Positions 49,751 to 63,140 are shown, counted from the stretch's first letter. The stretch is DNA of 64,000 nucleotides from Podospora anserina (GCA_017654855.1 CM030335.1:62001-126000), one strand, 5' to 3'. Numbers and translations are program-made. The notes: generated from the sequence alone by a model not told the origin.

Positions 49751-51845
49751 AATGGAAAATAAATTAAAAGATGCAACATGGGAGCTCCTCCGCCAATACT
49801 CGGAGAACAAAACCTTCCACGCTCTTGGGCATCTCCCACCGTGACCAACAAATGCTCAACAGAATGCACTTGGTCACCTCACCTATCCTCGCTATTTGGC
49901 ACTCAACTCGTGATTGTCGTTCACCGAACTTGGGGGCGAACTTTGTCCAATAGGATAAACTGATGGCATTTATCCGTTTCAGCATCAAGACTGCCGGCGG
50001 CCAACACCGAGCAACATGTGAACACAAAATCCTCACCACCAACAGGCGGAAGCTAGATCAAAACAGGGGTTGGTATGCTCATATCTCTCGATGGCAACGA
50101 GTCCGGTGCGATCCCGCAAACGACGGACGCGCTGACGGACCATGATGGCAAGGCTTGGCGTTATGAGTCCGAGGGCCCGGCTCTGTCAGCTCCGAGGGCC
50201 AGCCGGACGTGGGGCCGTGTGGTGCGGGGGAAGATCCTTTCCGCCTTTGTGTGTTCCCCCGTGTCCCATTGGCTGGGGTAAAGCGCTCCGTTGCTTGATT
50301 CTAGCCACCCTTCTTGGCGTCGCGGGCAAGAGATTCGTTCAGAGCTTGACCTTTTCTTGTCACGGCATCGCTGGTCTGCTCGGAGCATTATTCTGGAATC
50401 CAGTACCGGAACTAACAGGTTGACAGCACGTAAGAGGCGCAAAAGGCGCTCACAAGACTGGTTTTGATGCACCAGGCATTGGCTCCTCACGGCCACGGAC
50501 CGATTACAAGACGGGACAAAAGGCTCGTTGACAGTGGGCATGCAGCTCTATTTGCCGACACCAGTTCCAAGTGAGGGACGCTAGCGGGAAGACGAGCATT
50601 CAGAGCCGGCTTGGTCGTGAGAATCCTGTCTGTGCCGTCGCATTTACCCGGCGGAGGCGGCTCGATGTCCCACTCTAATCACATCTGCTTGCTCTGCAAA
50701 GGTTTTGTCAGCCAGGCCATAAAGCGCAAGAAGGAAAAGAGGAAGGTTGCGTCCCCGCGTTTGCCAAGCTTCGGTACCTCTCGCCACGAATCAGGGGCCC
50801 CTGGCTGACTTTAACGATTGTTTGCTGTACAGTGAATTGAATTCAACAAGAACTTTGCTCCGTGCTCGCATTTCCATCAGGGTGTCGCATCCATCCATCC
50901 CACGCGGTTCCACTCTTGACTTCCCATCTTGTATGGAGGGTCCCACTCTACCCCGAGGGAGGGAAGAGATTGTGGACTTAGGCATTCACTTTTTGACAGG
51001 ACGACCCACCGCCTACGGCAAGTCAAGGAGCAAAGACGGGATATCAGGCCCTCAGTTGTCCCTCAGTTGTCCCTCACTAATACCCAACACTATGTGCGCG
51101 GCGCAGGTGGTTGGCGAATGGGGACGACATGGAAACGCCGTTCCATTGGACTGGATCCATCAGGTATGGAGTGATCACCATTGCCCCATGGGGCGGCAAG
51201 ACCCCATGTTTGCATCTCCACCACCTTAATTCACAAGTTCCGCCCAACCATCAGAGCAGGCATCGACAGCCGATTATCCCCGCTCACTCCGCATGTCCCA
51301 GATCACAAGAACAGGGCAATAGCTCCTGGAAGATGGCAGGCAAAATGCAGATTCCATGGCGGACAGGGCTGGACGAGACTACATCGAGGAGAATGTTGTG
51401 ACTTGGCCCGAGGTAAGGGGGCAGGCAGGTAGCAATATCGAGATGGGACGCGGGAACCAGAATCAGTGGAAAGGAAGTGAGCGAACCGCCTTTCCGTTCC
51501 TGGGAATAGATTTTCCTCTGTACCTACGCTCACGTACCGTCGTTTATTGGACGGGGTTACCCCGAGAGTTGAGTGGCCCATGGCCATCCCGGGGTCATGG
51601 ATACACCCTCTGCAGGCTATATTGAATTCATACCATGTGCTTGGGGATGATCCGCGAGAGCGGTTGGATTAAAATGGCGCTGTCCTGCTCCTTTCCTGCC
51701 GTCCCCGTCCCTCTTCTCTCCTCACCCTCCCCCTTACCTCCATCTTCACACAAGGGTGTGGCCTGCCCCTAGTCGATTCTATTGCGACTAAGAACCTCCT
51801 GTCTGTATTCTTGCTACCGCGACATCAGAAACCAAGACAGCAACC

Positions 51846-53750
51846 ATGGCTGGCGACGGTGCTGGCGTGACCGGCAAGTCGGATCCCATCATCAGCCGGC
51901 TTGCCAACGAGGACAAGAAATGGTTCTACCAGAAGCCCAACCTGCTTTACCTTTACCTGATGCTCTTTCCCACTTGCATGGGTATTGAGTTGACGTCTGG
52001 TTTCGACTCGCAGATGATCAACGCTCTGCAGATCGTCCCCTTCTGGAAACTTTGTGAGTGGTTCCCAGCTGAACCAGATCTTGGGGTTCAAGCATTAATG
52101 TTTTGTTTGCAATGCAGACTTCAATGATCCTCAAGGTGCTCTCAAGGGGATTATTGCCGCTGCCTACTCTCTCGGTGCTATTCTCTCTCTTCCGTTCATC
52201 CCCATGATCAATGACAGGTTCGGCCGTCGCTGGTCCATCTTTGGCGGCTCTGTCGTCATGGTTATCGGTGCTCTCGTTCAGGGTTTCTCCGTCCACGGTA
52301 AGCATGTCTCCGCCAGACCCATCGATAACATGCAAGCTGACACAAAGTACAACAGTCGGCATGTACATCGTCGCCCGTATGATTCTCGGTTTCGGTATTC
52401 CCACCTGCATTGTCTCTGGCTCGTCTTTGATCGGAGAGTTGGCTTATCCCAAGGAGCGTCCTGTCATGACCTCGCTCTTCAACGTCGCCTACTTTGTCGG
52501 TCAGATTATTGCTGCTGCCATCTGCTTTGGCACCAACAACATCCAGAGCGACTGGGCCTGGAGAATCCCATCGCTTTTGCAGATTTGCCCTTCTCTTTTG
52601 CAAATCACCTTTGTCTTGTATGTTCCGTCTTCCTGGGCTTTCTTCCGGTTCGCTAATGTGGTCTTGAACACAGCTTCCTTCCCGAGTCGCCTCGCTGGCT
52701 CATCACAAAGGATCGTGGTGATGAGGCTCTTGCGATCTTGGAGAAGTACCATGGCGAATCTGATCGCGGCGCCGAGTTCGTTGCGGCCGAGTTCGCTCAG
52801 ATGCAGACAACCATCAAGCTCGAGTTGGAGGCGGCCAAGAAGTCATGGCTGGACTTGTTCAAGACGGCCGGTATGCGCCGTCGTGTTCTGATCACCACCA
52901 TGCTGGGTCTCTTCACACAATGGTCCGGCAACACCTTGATTTCGTAAGTGGCTCGCCGACACCTTAACTTCCTCTCGGTACCCGGGCACTAACCAATCCC
53001 AAGATACTACCTTGGTGATCTTCTCAAGATGATTGGTTTCACCGACACAACCTATGTCCAGAAGATCAACGTCTCGATTGCCTGCTGGTCTCTTGTCTGC
53101 GGCGCCACCGTTTCTCTCCTCGTCACCAAGATTCGTCGTCGCGTCATGTATCTCGCTTGCACCATCTCTCTGCTTCTCTGCTACATTTCCTGGACCATCT
53201 CCATGGAGCGCGCCCAGACTGCCGCTCAAGCTGGCACGCCCAACAACGCGGCCAACATTGCGACCCTCTTCTTCATCTACGCCTACTCTCCCTGCTACAA
53301 CATGGGTTACAACGCTCTCACCTACACCTACATGGTCGAGGTGTGGCCCTATGCTGAGCGCTCTTCCGGTATCGCCTTCTTCCAGCTCTTTGGCCGTCTT
53401 GCCGGTTTCTTCACCACTTTTGTCAACCCCATTGGTCTCAACTCGGTGGGCTGGAGATATCTCATTTCCTACTGCTGCTGGCTCGCCTACGAGGTCGTGT
53501 TTGTTTACTTCTTCTTCCCCGAGACATTTGGTCGCACTCTGGAGGAGTTGGCCTTCTGTAAGTCAAAAGTCCATCCGCAAACTATGGGCATCATCTGGAC
53601 AGGGCTAACAACGAGGCAGTGTTTGAGGACAAGTATCTTGCCGACCAGGCCAACGCCGCTGTCGAAAAGGTTCTCAACGAGAAGAACGCGGACGCAATTT
53701 CCCTCGGTGGGGAGAAGGGTCGCTCCGAAGTCCGGGAGAATGTTGCTTGA
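51846..53750 (+). CDS. MFS sugar porter of the lactose permease/cellodextrin transporter clade, multi-exon
   Basis: TSGFDSQMINALQ, DRFGRR, ELAYPKER, WAWRIPSLLQ, PESPRWL, TQWSGN, FPETFGRTLEE. From memory it resembles Neurospora CBT-1/CLP-1; not verified. Confidence 0.93.
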
Positions 53751-54256
53751 GATGGTCACAGCATTGCGGCCGGTGTGATCTAGCCAAAGATACCACGGAT
53801 TGGCTGGAGGGAAGGAGTTTGCTCGGGGACGCACATGCTCGATGGAGCGGGAGCAGGGTGTACCACAGTAGATGCATTTATCTTTAGTTACATCAGCACT
53901 AATCGCCTATAAAGGATGAATGACATTTGGTGTTTCTGATGTCAGCCCTTCTCTTGGCCATGTTAACGTGGTGATATTTGCCGCTCTGGAACAAGCTAGC
54001 CTCGCCTTGTTGGGAAACAAGGTCTGAGATTTGTCCGCTCGAAATATGCCAAGTCAAACATGCAAAGATGTGGTGAATCTTCCATGTGGCAAATTGTCCG
54101 GGATGATACCCCCCAAATTGAAATGTATAGTGGCCAAGACGTTGTGGATCTGTTCCCCGCGTTCGCTTCGACGTGAACTTCGAATACATAAACCAGATGA
54201 GGTAGATGTTGCCATCACTCGCTGGTGGGTTCGTCAAGCAGACATACCTTTCTGCA

Positions 54257-54878
54257 ATGAAGTTCTCTCACATTGTCGCCGTTCTATCTGCTCCGTTGGC
54301 GGTAGCTGCGCTTCCGGCTGCTGCCCCTGAAGCCAATGCCGTTGCTGCTGCCGAGCAGGACGTTTCCAGCACTTTGCTGGAAGCCCGCCAAAACCGTCGG
54401 CCTACTCCATGCGTGAGAAAGACTGATCCTGCCCCTACTCAGGAGGAGACAGATGCTCGGTTCGCCGAGTTCGTCGAGGTGTTTGTCGGCTCCAGAAAGA
54501 ACATTAGCCGTGCCTTTGAGTTCATCGTCGACGACTATATTGTAAGTTTCCTGGACATGCACCGCGTTATTTCTGCTAAGACATGATCCCTAGAACCACA
54601 ACCCAATGGCTCAGAATGGACACGCATCGGCCTGGAGCATCCTTGGAAACATGTGGGGCGGCATTCAACACCGCTACATCCGAAGCACCATCCGCGGCAA
54701 CATGTCGTGGGTAAACTATTCGGCTCCTGGCTTTGGAACCATTGTCGACCGGTTCCGGTGGGAGGGAGGATGCATTGTCGAGCATGTAAGTGTTTAAGAC
54801 GCCATGAGAGGCTTGGGTCGAACAGAAGCTAACCCGACGCAGTGGGACCAAGGAGAGCGCTATCCCGCGAGGAAGTAA
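54257..54878 (+). CDS. Small secreted SnoaL/NTF2-like protein, 3 exons
   Basis: Signal MKFSHIVAVLSAPLAVAA, LEAR propeptide, DYINHNP, IVDRFRWEGGCIVEHWDQ. Confidence 0.85.
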
Positions 54879-55007
54879 GGGACACTAACATCGGGTGTAC
54901 CGTAAGGATGTCTTGCTGTATATAAGAAAATGAGTCCGTGAGAGAGAAATAGTGCTTGTATCCGCTTCCGGTCTATTATTACATGGTGGAAGTGTAGAAT
55001 AGGTACC

Positions 55008-56162
55008 TTATTTCCGTAACCCATGGGCAACCTTGAGAGCATGGATGCTATCTTCGTCCCACTGCCTTTTCTGTGACAGGACGCCCAAGTACATAAATGT
55101 ATGGGGACATCCCAAGTACCGCTTGAGAGTGACCATGGTGCCGTTAGCAACAAGTTTCATTGCATAGGCTTCTCCCTCGTCCCGCAGCGGATCCACTTCT
55201 GCGGTGCGGATGTAGGTATTACATAACCCACTCCAGTTGGGAGCACGCATGGGGGCAAGCCACCAGTCGGGCCACATCTTTCTGATTTCCGGCAGCTTGT
55301 CTCGCGGCATGCACTGGTTGCCAAAATACTTGATCCGCTTCCACGGCAGGACTGGCCCCTGGTGGAACTCGTGGAAGGACGGATAGGGAGATTGGGTGTA
55401 GTAGTCGAGACTGAGGCAGTCAGTGGTGGGGGGCACGGTGGGCATGCACAGCTTAAGCGGGATCCCGGCATCTCTAGCCATGTGCTGCAAGACTAGCGAG
55501 ATGTGACCGCCAGCGGAGACGCCGCCGATCGAGATGGAGAAGGGGTCGACGTTGAGGCTGACATGTTCATCACGGACCCAGTTGAGCGCGGCCCATGCAT
55601 CCTGGATGCACTTGCCCCATATCGTTTCTACCACGACCGAGTCAGAGCTGGCACCCGGCCCGAACAACATTTGTGAGACTGTACCTGGACAATGCCGATA
55701 GTTGACATCAACCACGACAACACCGGCCCTGCGCATCACCAAGCACAGACCCGCCTCTGAGTGCAGGTCACCGAGCACAAAGCCGCCTCCGTGGAAGTTT
55801 AGGTGCACAGGATGGGGGCCGGGTCGCACAACTCCTCGCTCGTCTTCAACCGGGTGGTAGACTCGCACCGGGATGCTTGTGCCATCTTGCGAGCTGACAA
55901 CATGGTCACCTACGCCCTTTTCTTTAGAAGAATCGAGAGCACAAGGCGGCTGATGTTTTTGAGGACTTTTGCGAACCTCCTCAATGGGGATTGTGTGGGC
56001 GGGCGGTTGCTTGGCGATGACGTCGATGAAATACTGGAGAAATTCGGGGTCGAGTTTGGGGAGGATGTGCTCCTCAATCAGATCCAGTCCATCATTTGTA
56101 GGCTGCGACGCTCCTGGTTTTGGCACGGCGTGGCCGGCAAGGGTCGAGTCGAGATTGCTCAT
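55008..56162 (-). CDS. HSL-family esterase/lipase (Abhydrolase_3)
   Basis: FHGGGF oxyanion motif, DVNYRHCP, GGVSAGG nucleophile, AEVDPLRDEG, GCPHTF; 57-nt in-frame intron at 55684-55628. Confidence 0.93.
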   Translation of the reverse strand: MSNLDSTLAGHAVPKPGASQPTNDGLDLIEEHILPKLDPEFLQYFIDVIAKQPPAHTIPIEEVRKSPQKHQPPCALDSSKEKGVGDHVVSSQDGTSIPVRVYHPVEDERGVVRPGPHPVHLNFHGGGFVLGDLHSEAGLCLVMRRAGVVVVDVNYRHCPGTVSQMLFGPGASSDSVVVETIWGKCIQDAWAALNWVRDEHVSLNVDPFSISIGGVSAGGHISLVLQHMARDAGIPLKLCMPTVPPTTDCLSLDYYTQSPYPSFHEFHQGPVLPWKRIKYFGNQCMPRDKLPEIRKMWPDWWLAPMRAPNWSGLCNTYIRTAEVDPLRDEGEAYAMKLVANGTMVTLKRYLGCPHTFMYLGVLSQKRQWDEDSIHALKVAHGLRK

Positions 56163-56827
56163 TTTGCCTCGTGCAGTTAACAAGAGGGGTTCGGACGGTT
56201 GCTGTGTGACTTTAAAATATCACGACGACCGGGACCTTGCAAGTGTCTCCAAATCCCAATTGGAGATTCGGATGATCCTCCTCGGCCCTTGTCGGCTTCC
56301 CCACAGTTCGGCACTTATACTCCGCATTACCCCATCATTTGCACAAGTCGCACAACCAAGCAAACTGTTGCAGCTGGCGGGGTCTACCTGCCTGCTTACT
56401 AATCAGCCGCTGGTGCCAGTCAACCGCTAGGCATCAAAGAGATAGGCATCTTCCCAGCCAGAACAGTTCATGTCAAGGCCCTTTATAAGGACAAGCTACG
56501 ACGTTATATTGCTTGTATTGCTCTTCTTAAGTGAGAGATGTTTATCCAGGGTGCCGTCCTCTCCATCTGCCTATGTACTTCATAAAACCCCACCGCGAAA
56601 GCTTGGCTTTGTGCATCGCGATCTTCACCTTCCTGAGACCATGATCACAATCGGATTTCTCGCTTGCGATCCGTCGCCTGCAGCTATTTTCTGAGTAAAC
56701 AGCAAACCCACTTCTCAGCATCACCATCTTTGTCTTCCCATCAAGAACGGAGCATACCGTCTTGTTGACTACTTTTCGGTCATCGTGACACCTCTCTTCA
56801 ACTTAACTACCTCTCCGAACCAGTGCA

Positions 56828-58696
56828 ATGGCGTCAAGACAACAAGCTTCGTTGCTGAGGAATCAGGATGACGAGGAACGAGACTATGACATGGCACTTC
56901 GTAATTTCCAGAGCGGTGCCTATCGCGACTGGCCCAATGAAGCAGGTGTAAGTGACGAGCTCATCATGGACTGAGCAACCATAGTTAACCATGCATGTGA
57001 TCAGTTTGAGGGCCTTGGTGAAGAACGAGGTCCCGTTGAGGTTCCAGTTTCAGGATACATTCCCCTGTGGGCAATTGGCAGTCTCTATCGCACAGGGCCG
57101 GGCATCTACACCATCGATGACACTCCCAAAGGAACATACCGCACCGAGCACTGGTTTGATGGCCTGGCGCATACTCACCGCTTCGACATTACCCCCGACC
57201 CCGATAATGAAAGCAAAGTCAAAGTATTTTATTCGTCTCGTCGGCAATCGGACCATCTCGTCGAACACATTAGGAAAACTGGAAGCATGAAGTACCTCAG
57301 CTTTGGTCAGAAGCGCGACCCTTGTCTCGGATTGTTCTCAAAGGTTATGGGGATGTGGCAAGCTGCGATGATCCCTCACGGGGAGAAATGGATGGAGAAT
57401 GTCAGTGTGGCTATTTTGCCGAACCCACCTGGACTGGAATCGGAATCAGGCAATTTGTTGGGCAACAAGACTACGGTCGGGAGGGCACCCCAGTCAGGGG
57501 GCCACCGAGTCCCTCTCCCCCAAAGTGTGTGGGCAACAACTGACAATAATCTAATGAAGCAAATGGACCCTGAAACCCTAGAGCCCATCGGCTTTGCAAC
57601 ACAGTCGGCGTTTCACCCCTCACTCAAGGGGCCTCTTTCATGCGCCCATCCACAAAGAGATCCCGTGAACGGCGACATCTACAACTTTAATCAAGACTTT
57701 GGAAGAGAGACTGTCTATCGAGTCTTTTGCGTCAGCGCATCGACGGGCCAGACCGAAATCATTGCCGAGCTGAGGGGAGAAGGTGTGCACGCAGCCTATA
57801 TTCACAGTTTCTTTCTGACGCAGCACTTTGTTGTCCTTTGCATTCCAGCGTCGCATATCGGATGGGGAGGAGTCAAGATCCCTTGGGCCGGGAATATCGT
57901 CGACGCCATGGAGCCTTTTGATGAGTCCAAGAAGATGAAGTGGTTTGTAGTTGACCGCACCAACACAAAAAGAGGGATTGTGGGACGGTTTGAGTCCGAC
58001 GCGGGCTTTTTCTTCCATTCGGTGAATGCATTCGAAGAGGATGATGGCAGACGGATCGTTTGTGACATGATGCGGTATCGGAACCTCGACGTCATTCAGA
58101 AGATGTACTGCGACGTTATATTGCAGAGGGATGGAGCTACCGAGCGGTTTTGGGAACTTGAGGAGAGGGCGAAGGGATCAATGCTTAGCCTCACAAGGTT
58201 TTCCCTATATCTGGAACAGAGCAATCCGACGGGATTTGTGCCGGTTGAGAAAATATTTGCAATACCTGCTCCGCACGCGGGAGAATTGCCAACAATCAAT
58301 CCGCTCTTTGCGACACGCAAGCACCGATATATCTACAGCTTGCCTTATCAGGGCAGGAGCACCATGATGGATGGAATTGTCAAGACAGACACACAAACTA
58401 GGGAGGTTCTGTTTTGGGATATTCCAAAGGGACACAGTCCTGGCGAAGCTATCTTTGTACCGAGACTACCAACAGGTTCCAACACCGAGCAAGAAGAGGA
58501 TGACGGAGTGCTTTTAAGCATTATTCTTGATGGGTTTGACAAAACAAGCTACCTTTTGTGTTTGGATGCAAAGACAATGAAGGAGCTAGGACGTGCCGAG
58601 CTTGCATTTGCGATTGGGCTGGGATTTCACGGTGTGCATGTTACTGCAAGTAGTAAAGAGATAGAGAGGGTGACTGGATCTTTTACGCGAACATAG
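56828..58696 (+). CDS. Carotenoid cleavage oxygenase (RPE65 family; CAO-2/CarT torulene oxygenase-like), 2 exons
   Basis: DWPNEAG|FEGL, GSLYRTGPG, HWFDGLA, FGQKRDPC; four Fe-binding His in CAHP, YIHSF, FFHSVNA and GFHG; GELPTINP, EDDGVLL. Confidence 0.9.
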
Positions 58697-59351
58697 TTGA
58701 ATAAAAAGACTCTGAACGCCCCCATCTCTCTTCGTCCAAACCCCCCCAGTCTGGTGCTTTCTGAAGCTATATTCTCAATCATGCATACCATGAGCTTCCC
58801 TTGGCTCCTCATGCCAGACTGACATGGTAGCAATGGAGTTTTGAGTGAATGGGTTGATGTCACATACCTATGGAACCAACCTTGCGCTTCATCAACTACA
58901 TAGCCATTTCCAGCCGCACCCAACACCCACGTAATTGAAGGCCCGGAAATTGAAGCCCTCGCAATCGAGCCTCTTGTGGGTGGTGGTGCTAAGCGCCACA
59001 TCAATTTCAACACTCATATCCAACCCTACCCCAGCTGGGGGGTTGCACGGTTGGCAAAAAGAGGCGCTTCAGCGATCAGACGAACAGGGATGATCTGGAT
59101 CCATTTGAAATAAGGCGGCTGAATTCAGCTGACAAAAGCGAGTAGGTTTGTGTGAGGGATATCGCTGCTGGCGATCGTGTAGGGCTCGCCGATCACTTTG
59201 ATCTTTTGACATGGTACCGACCGACGGCTGGAACTTGCTTTGTTGGTGTGTGAGTCTCGAGTGCAGCAAACTCCAAGGTGAGAAAATATGCATGTATTGC
59301 TGATTACTATTGTGTGTATTGCCATCATGAAATGCAACCCCTTCAATCATC

Positions 59352-60539
59352 TCAGATCTTTTCCCTTATGGTCTCTTCCCTTACCGAGTTGCCCCCTTCC
59401 AGATCCACACGCACCTCTGTGGTCCGCCAGATTTCTGCCTCCCCGTTCTGCCCATTCGACCCGAGAATGTCCTCCTCGCTCTGCGCCCGGCTGCTGGTCA
59501 AGCTCTTCATTCTGATCGCGCCATTGACGTTGCTAACCCCGCTGGTCCCATTCATCCGGCCGTACCCGGTGGCGCCTGTCTTCTTGGTGGACGCGTTGGC
59601 AGTCGTCAATCCAAAGTGCTGCAGCACCTGCTGGAAAGGCTTGCGCAGGCAAGGAATGCAAGCGGCGATGAAGGCGACCTGTTCCTCCACCAACGACCAC
59701 GTACCCATCTGGATACCCTCCAAGTTGGGGTCTTCGGTAAGACCAAAGTTGGCCGCCATGGTCGCCTTGACGATGGACGCCGCAGAGGCGAAGATACCCA
59801 GAGCCATGAGGACACCGATAACAATACGCTCCCGGAGGGGGATCTGAACCTTTCGGAGGAAGGTCACGGGCATGAGGGCGAAGATGACGTCGGTGACAAT
59901 GTTGAAGCTGGCGATGCAGATCGAGTTGACGCGGATGGCGCCCTTGCTCCAGCACTTTGCGTCGGCGACAAGGCCGAGGAGATCCCACGCGGCGTGGAGG
60001 GGAATGCACTGCAGGACGGCGGCCAGGGTGCCGTAGATGCTGACAATTACCTGGAGGGCGATCATGACCCACAGGAAGTGACGGACAGACTTGCGCTGCT
60101 CGAGGCGGAGAAGCATGCCGGCGACGGAGATCTTGATGGCGGCCATGGACCAGGCCCAGATGGGCTGGGACAGCACGGCAAGCTTGTTGGAGTAGATCAC
60201 ATCGGCGAGGGTAAAGGTCGAGGGGTCACCGCCGAAGGTGTAGGGGACGGTGAGGATGAGGAGGATGGAGTTGGTCAGGACGAGGACCCAGGCGGCGCTG
60301 ATGACATAGTCATCCCATCCCATGTGGAAGACCGGGAAGGATCTCGTCCACAACCGGGCGCTGAAAAGGATGAAGGATATGATGTTGAGGGTGACGGCGG
60401 CGGCTGCGAAGGAGTGGGCAGCCGTGTTCGCGGCATCGGTGGGTACGGAGGGGATGAGACTTGGATCAGGTGGCCCGGCGAAGGCTCCCGGAGGAGGGCC
60501 GCTGGCGCTTCCCGAGGCGCCCGAAGTTGTTGGATCCAT
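59352..60539 (-). CDS. PTH11-like integral membrane protein (rhodopsin-like domain, no CFEM)
   Basis: ARLWTR, GWDDYVI, KISV, QCIP..AAWD, NIVTDVIFALMP, WSLVEEQVAFIAACIPCLR; about 7 TM helices. Confidence 0.92.
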   Translation of the reverse strand: MDPTTSGASGSASGPPPGAFAGPPDPSLIPSVPTDAANTAAHSFAAAAVTLNIISFILFSARLWTRSFPVFHMGWDDYVISAAWVLVLTNSILLILTVPYTFGGDPSTFTLADVIYSNKLAVLSQPIWAWSMAAIKISVAGMLLRLEQRKSVRHFLWVMIALQVIVSIYGTLAAVLQCIPLHAAWDLLGLVADAKCWSKGAIRVNSICIASFNIVTDVIFALMPVTFLRKVQIPLRERIVIGVLMALGIFASAASIVKATMAANFGLTEDPNLEGIQMGTWSLVEEQVAFIAACIPCLRKPFQQVLQHFGLTTANASTKKTGATGYGRMNGTSGVSNVNGAIRMKSLTSSRAQSEEDILGSNGQNGEAEIWRTTEVRVDLEGGNSVREETIREKI

Positions 60540-63058
60540 CGTCCCGGCGCATTAGCTCACAACACAAACAGCAAAAAAAGCAAACAGACAGCAGCGAACA
60601 AAACGAAGGGAGGTGGTGGAAGATCTGCGATGAGATGTCAGGGAGCTGTCATGGCCCTGGATCTGGGGGATCGGCACGCTCTTATCATCGTCCCAGGGCA
60701 TCGGTTTCGGTTGGTCACCGAGTCCACCATTGCAACCAAGCAAGATCGAATCTTTCACCCGATTCGCAATCCGGGGCTCCATGTCGTCTCCATGTTGATG
60801 GATTCCCATGTTGCCTGCCGCAAATCTAGTGGAAAATTTCCCCTCTGGGCCTCGCATTAGCTCAACTGTCGAGGGGGCCAAAGCGCGTCCGAGCACCTGA
60901 GGTCTGACCTCGTGTAGGGGTCCGGACATGTCAAAACAGTCAACGCACTGGTGCAACGACATTCGAGATTGCTCTCTCCACCTCGACGCCATGGGTCCAA
61001 TGGGATGGTTCCCTGATTGCTGGGAATGCCTCGACGCCTCACCTACCTACAATGGCAGCTGGGTGCTCTTCGGCGTGTGTGGGCAGGCACGATGGGCCCG
61101 CCTGAGGGCAGTATAGTTTGGTAAGTTTTGGTAGCACACTACAGCTTGAGAATACAACCACGAGCTTTTCCCTCTCTGTTTTTGACTGTTCGATATACCA
61201 CACCTTGTGGCACGAACCCACCGTACTGACGCGCACGTGCTTGGAAAATTCTGCCGAGGATTCGGGCGGACGATGCTAGAATTTTGTCTTTCCACTAATC
61301 TTTAGCGAACATCTTGCCATCTGCAGGAAACGCAATTAAAAAGCAGTCCCAAGCGATCGTGGTGGAAACGGTGGCGACGGTTCCCCGGGGGCTCCCAAAG
61401 AAAAGGGGTCTGGCAAGCAGCAGCGTTGTTCCCTGCCATTGGTCTTCTCAGCGGACAATGCGCTCTGTCCTTGCCATCACGCTGCTTCCTTCGTGCTATG
61501 TTTGAAGGCTTGAATGGGCAGGTCTCTAAATTCTCACTGCTGTCGCTTTGACTTTTGACTAGTTGACAGCTGCAGCCCCTTCTCCGCCGCTCTTCCCTCA
61601 CACGGTTCTTCTCATGCATCCGCGGCCCTCTCCCTACGTACCTTACCTAGGCCGGCCCGGGAATAGTGCCCACCCTGGAGCCGAGTATCCCGTCATCTGT
61701 GCGCGAAATTTTTGAGCACTCGCCGACATTTGGCGCTGAAGCATTTAATGTGTTTCTGTTTCGCTTCTTTGGCCCGACAGTGTTTCGTTCCTGGGCCGGG
61801 AACAACACGGCGACTTTTCTTTCCCTCTCTTTTTGACTTGGCAAAACCCCCCCGCAAATCGGACCGGAGGCCCGGGGCGACCAATCGATCGTCGCCCGAG
61901 CGTCGTCGCTGGCGAGATCGACGTGTCCCGGGGACGGTGATGAACTATCTGTTGATGGCTAGCCGGGCTCGGACCTGGGTCAGATTTTCGTGACTGGTAA
62001 GGTCGATCCAACGCAGAGTCAGCGGGGTTGTGAGCTTTTTCGGGTTGGGAGCAGAGCGGAGGTGGTGGTGGATGGGGTGGCCAGTGGTCCGTTGCGCTGC
62101 AACGGGAAGGTCCGTGTGGTAGAGGGTGAAATCCCTTTCGAGCTTCATGGACTGGAGCACGCCGGAGACAAGGTCCCTTGCTGCGACCTTACGGGGCTGA
62201 GGGAGCAAGCGATTGCGAGGAGAAGGAGAACCACGGCTTTCCGAAGCCGGTCTAGCCCCTGGATCTACACCAGAATTGCCCATCTCATCTTGTGCTATCA
62301 CACTCACCAAAGCGCCGGTTCTGGGTAAACCAAACCGATGAGCTGAGAGTAAAGCCGCGTCGGCCCGTTCCTTTTCCAGGTCGTCTTCTGAAAGCCATTA
62401 TAGCCTTGACAAGAGGCTGTAGATAGTAGCTCCTGCACGGTATTCTCCACCGGTGCTTTTCCGTTTTGCACACGTCTGCCCTACGAGATGACAGCAGTTA
62501 GGTCGTCAGAGGTGCGTCCATCAGGGCGGTGTACTCGACAAGCAGTATACTGTGCAACATGCTCGGGGCATGGTCGAAGCCCCCAGGCCATGGGCCTGAA
62601 CGGGGACTGTGGAGATGAAAGCGCAACTCAAGATCAGCGAGCGGGTTGAATAGGCCGGAATATCTATACAACATATGCCAAGGGGCAGTAGCATCATCAT
62701 TTCAATGAAAATAACCAGCAAAAAGTTGAGTGGAATGGACACAACAGCATCGGGCGAGTATAATTTGGCGTTTTCTACGATTGGAGACTCGCTGGTCAAA
62801 ACTGAAATTGGGCCTTTGTGATATAGGTTTTCCTGGGCTTTGCTTCACACTCTGAAGCAGTACCCCTGAACTCTCTAAGCCGTTGTTCCTAGGTCTATTA
62901 TGGAAATAAAGAGACAAATAGCAAAGACATCAATGACGGCATCATCTTCTCTTCAAGATCAACACCCACTCATCCACCTATCAAGAAAGATAATGTGTCT
63001 CGCCTCTCTCCATCGTGCCTCCATCAGTTTAACCCCTACTTTGCACTCCATACATCAA

Positions 63059-63140
63059 GGCGTGGTGGCAGAGTGGTCTAATGCGCAAGACTAGAAATCT
63101 TGTTCCTTCGGGAGCGTCTGTTCGAATCAGGCCCACGTCG
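63059..63140 (+). tRNA. tRNA-Ser (anticodon AGA), intronless, long variable arm
   Basis: Acceptor GGCGTGG/CCACGTC + G73; D arm TGGCAGAGTGGTCTAATGC; anticodon stem CAAGA-CTAGAAA-TCTTG; variable arm TTCCTTCGGGAG; T arm GTCTG-TTCGAAT-CAGGC; T-run downstream. Confidence 0.96.

Noticed and set aside
55628-55684. Apparent insertions in the esterase (and at 35643-35693 in the cupin-like gene)
   Set aside because: They are 3n, stop-free GT-AG introns read through by the ORF finder.
59616-60860. 414-aa plus-strand ORF
   Set aside because: Antisense shadow of the GC3-rich PTH11-like gene; no domain. The same applies to long antisense ORFs over ARG4, UBP14 and the AVT3-like gene.
63084-63104. Reading the tRNA as Leu(TAG) or a CTA suppressor
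   Set aside because: The 7-nt loop CTAGAAA places AGA at positions 34-36; G73 and the long variable arm fit Ser.
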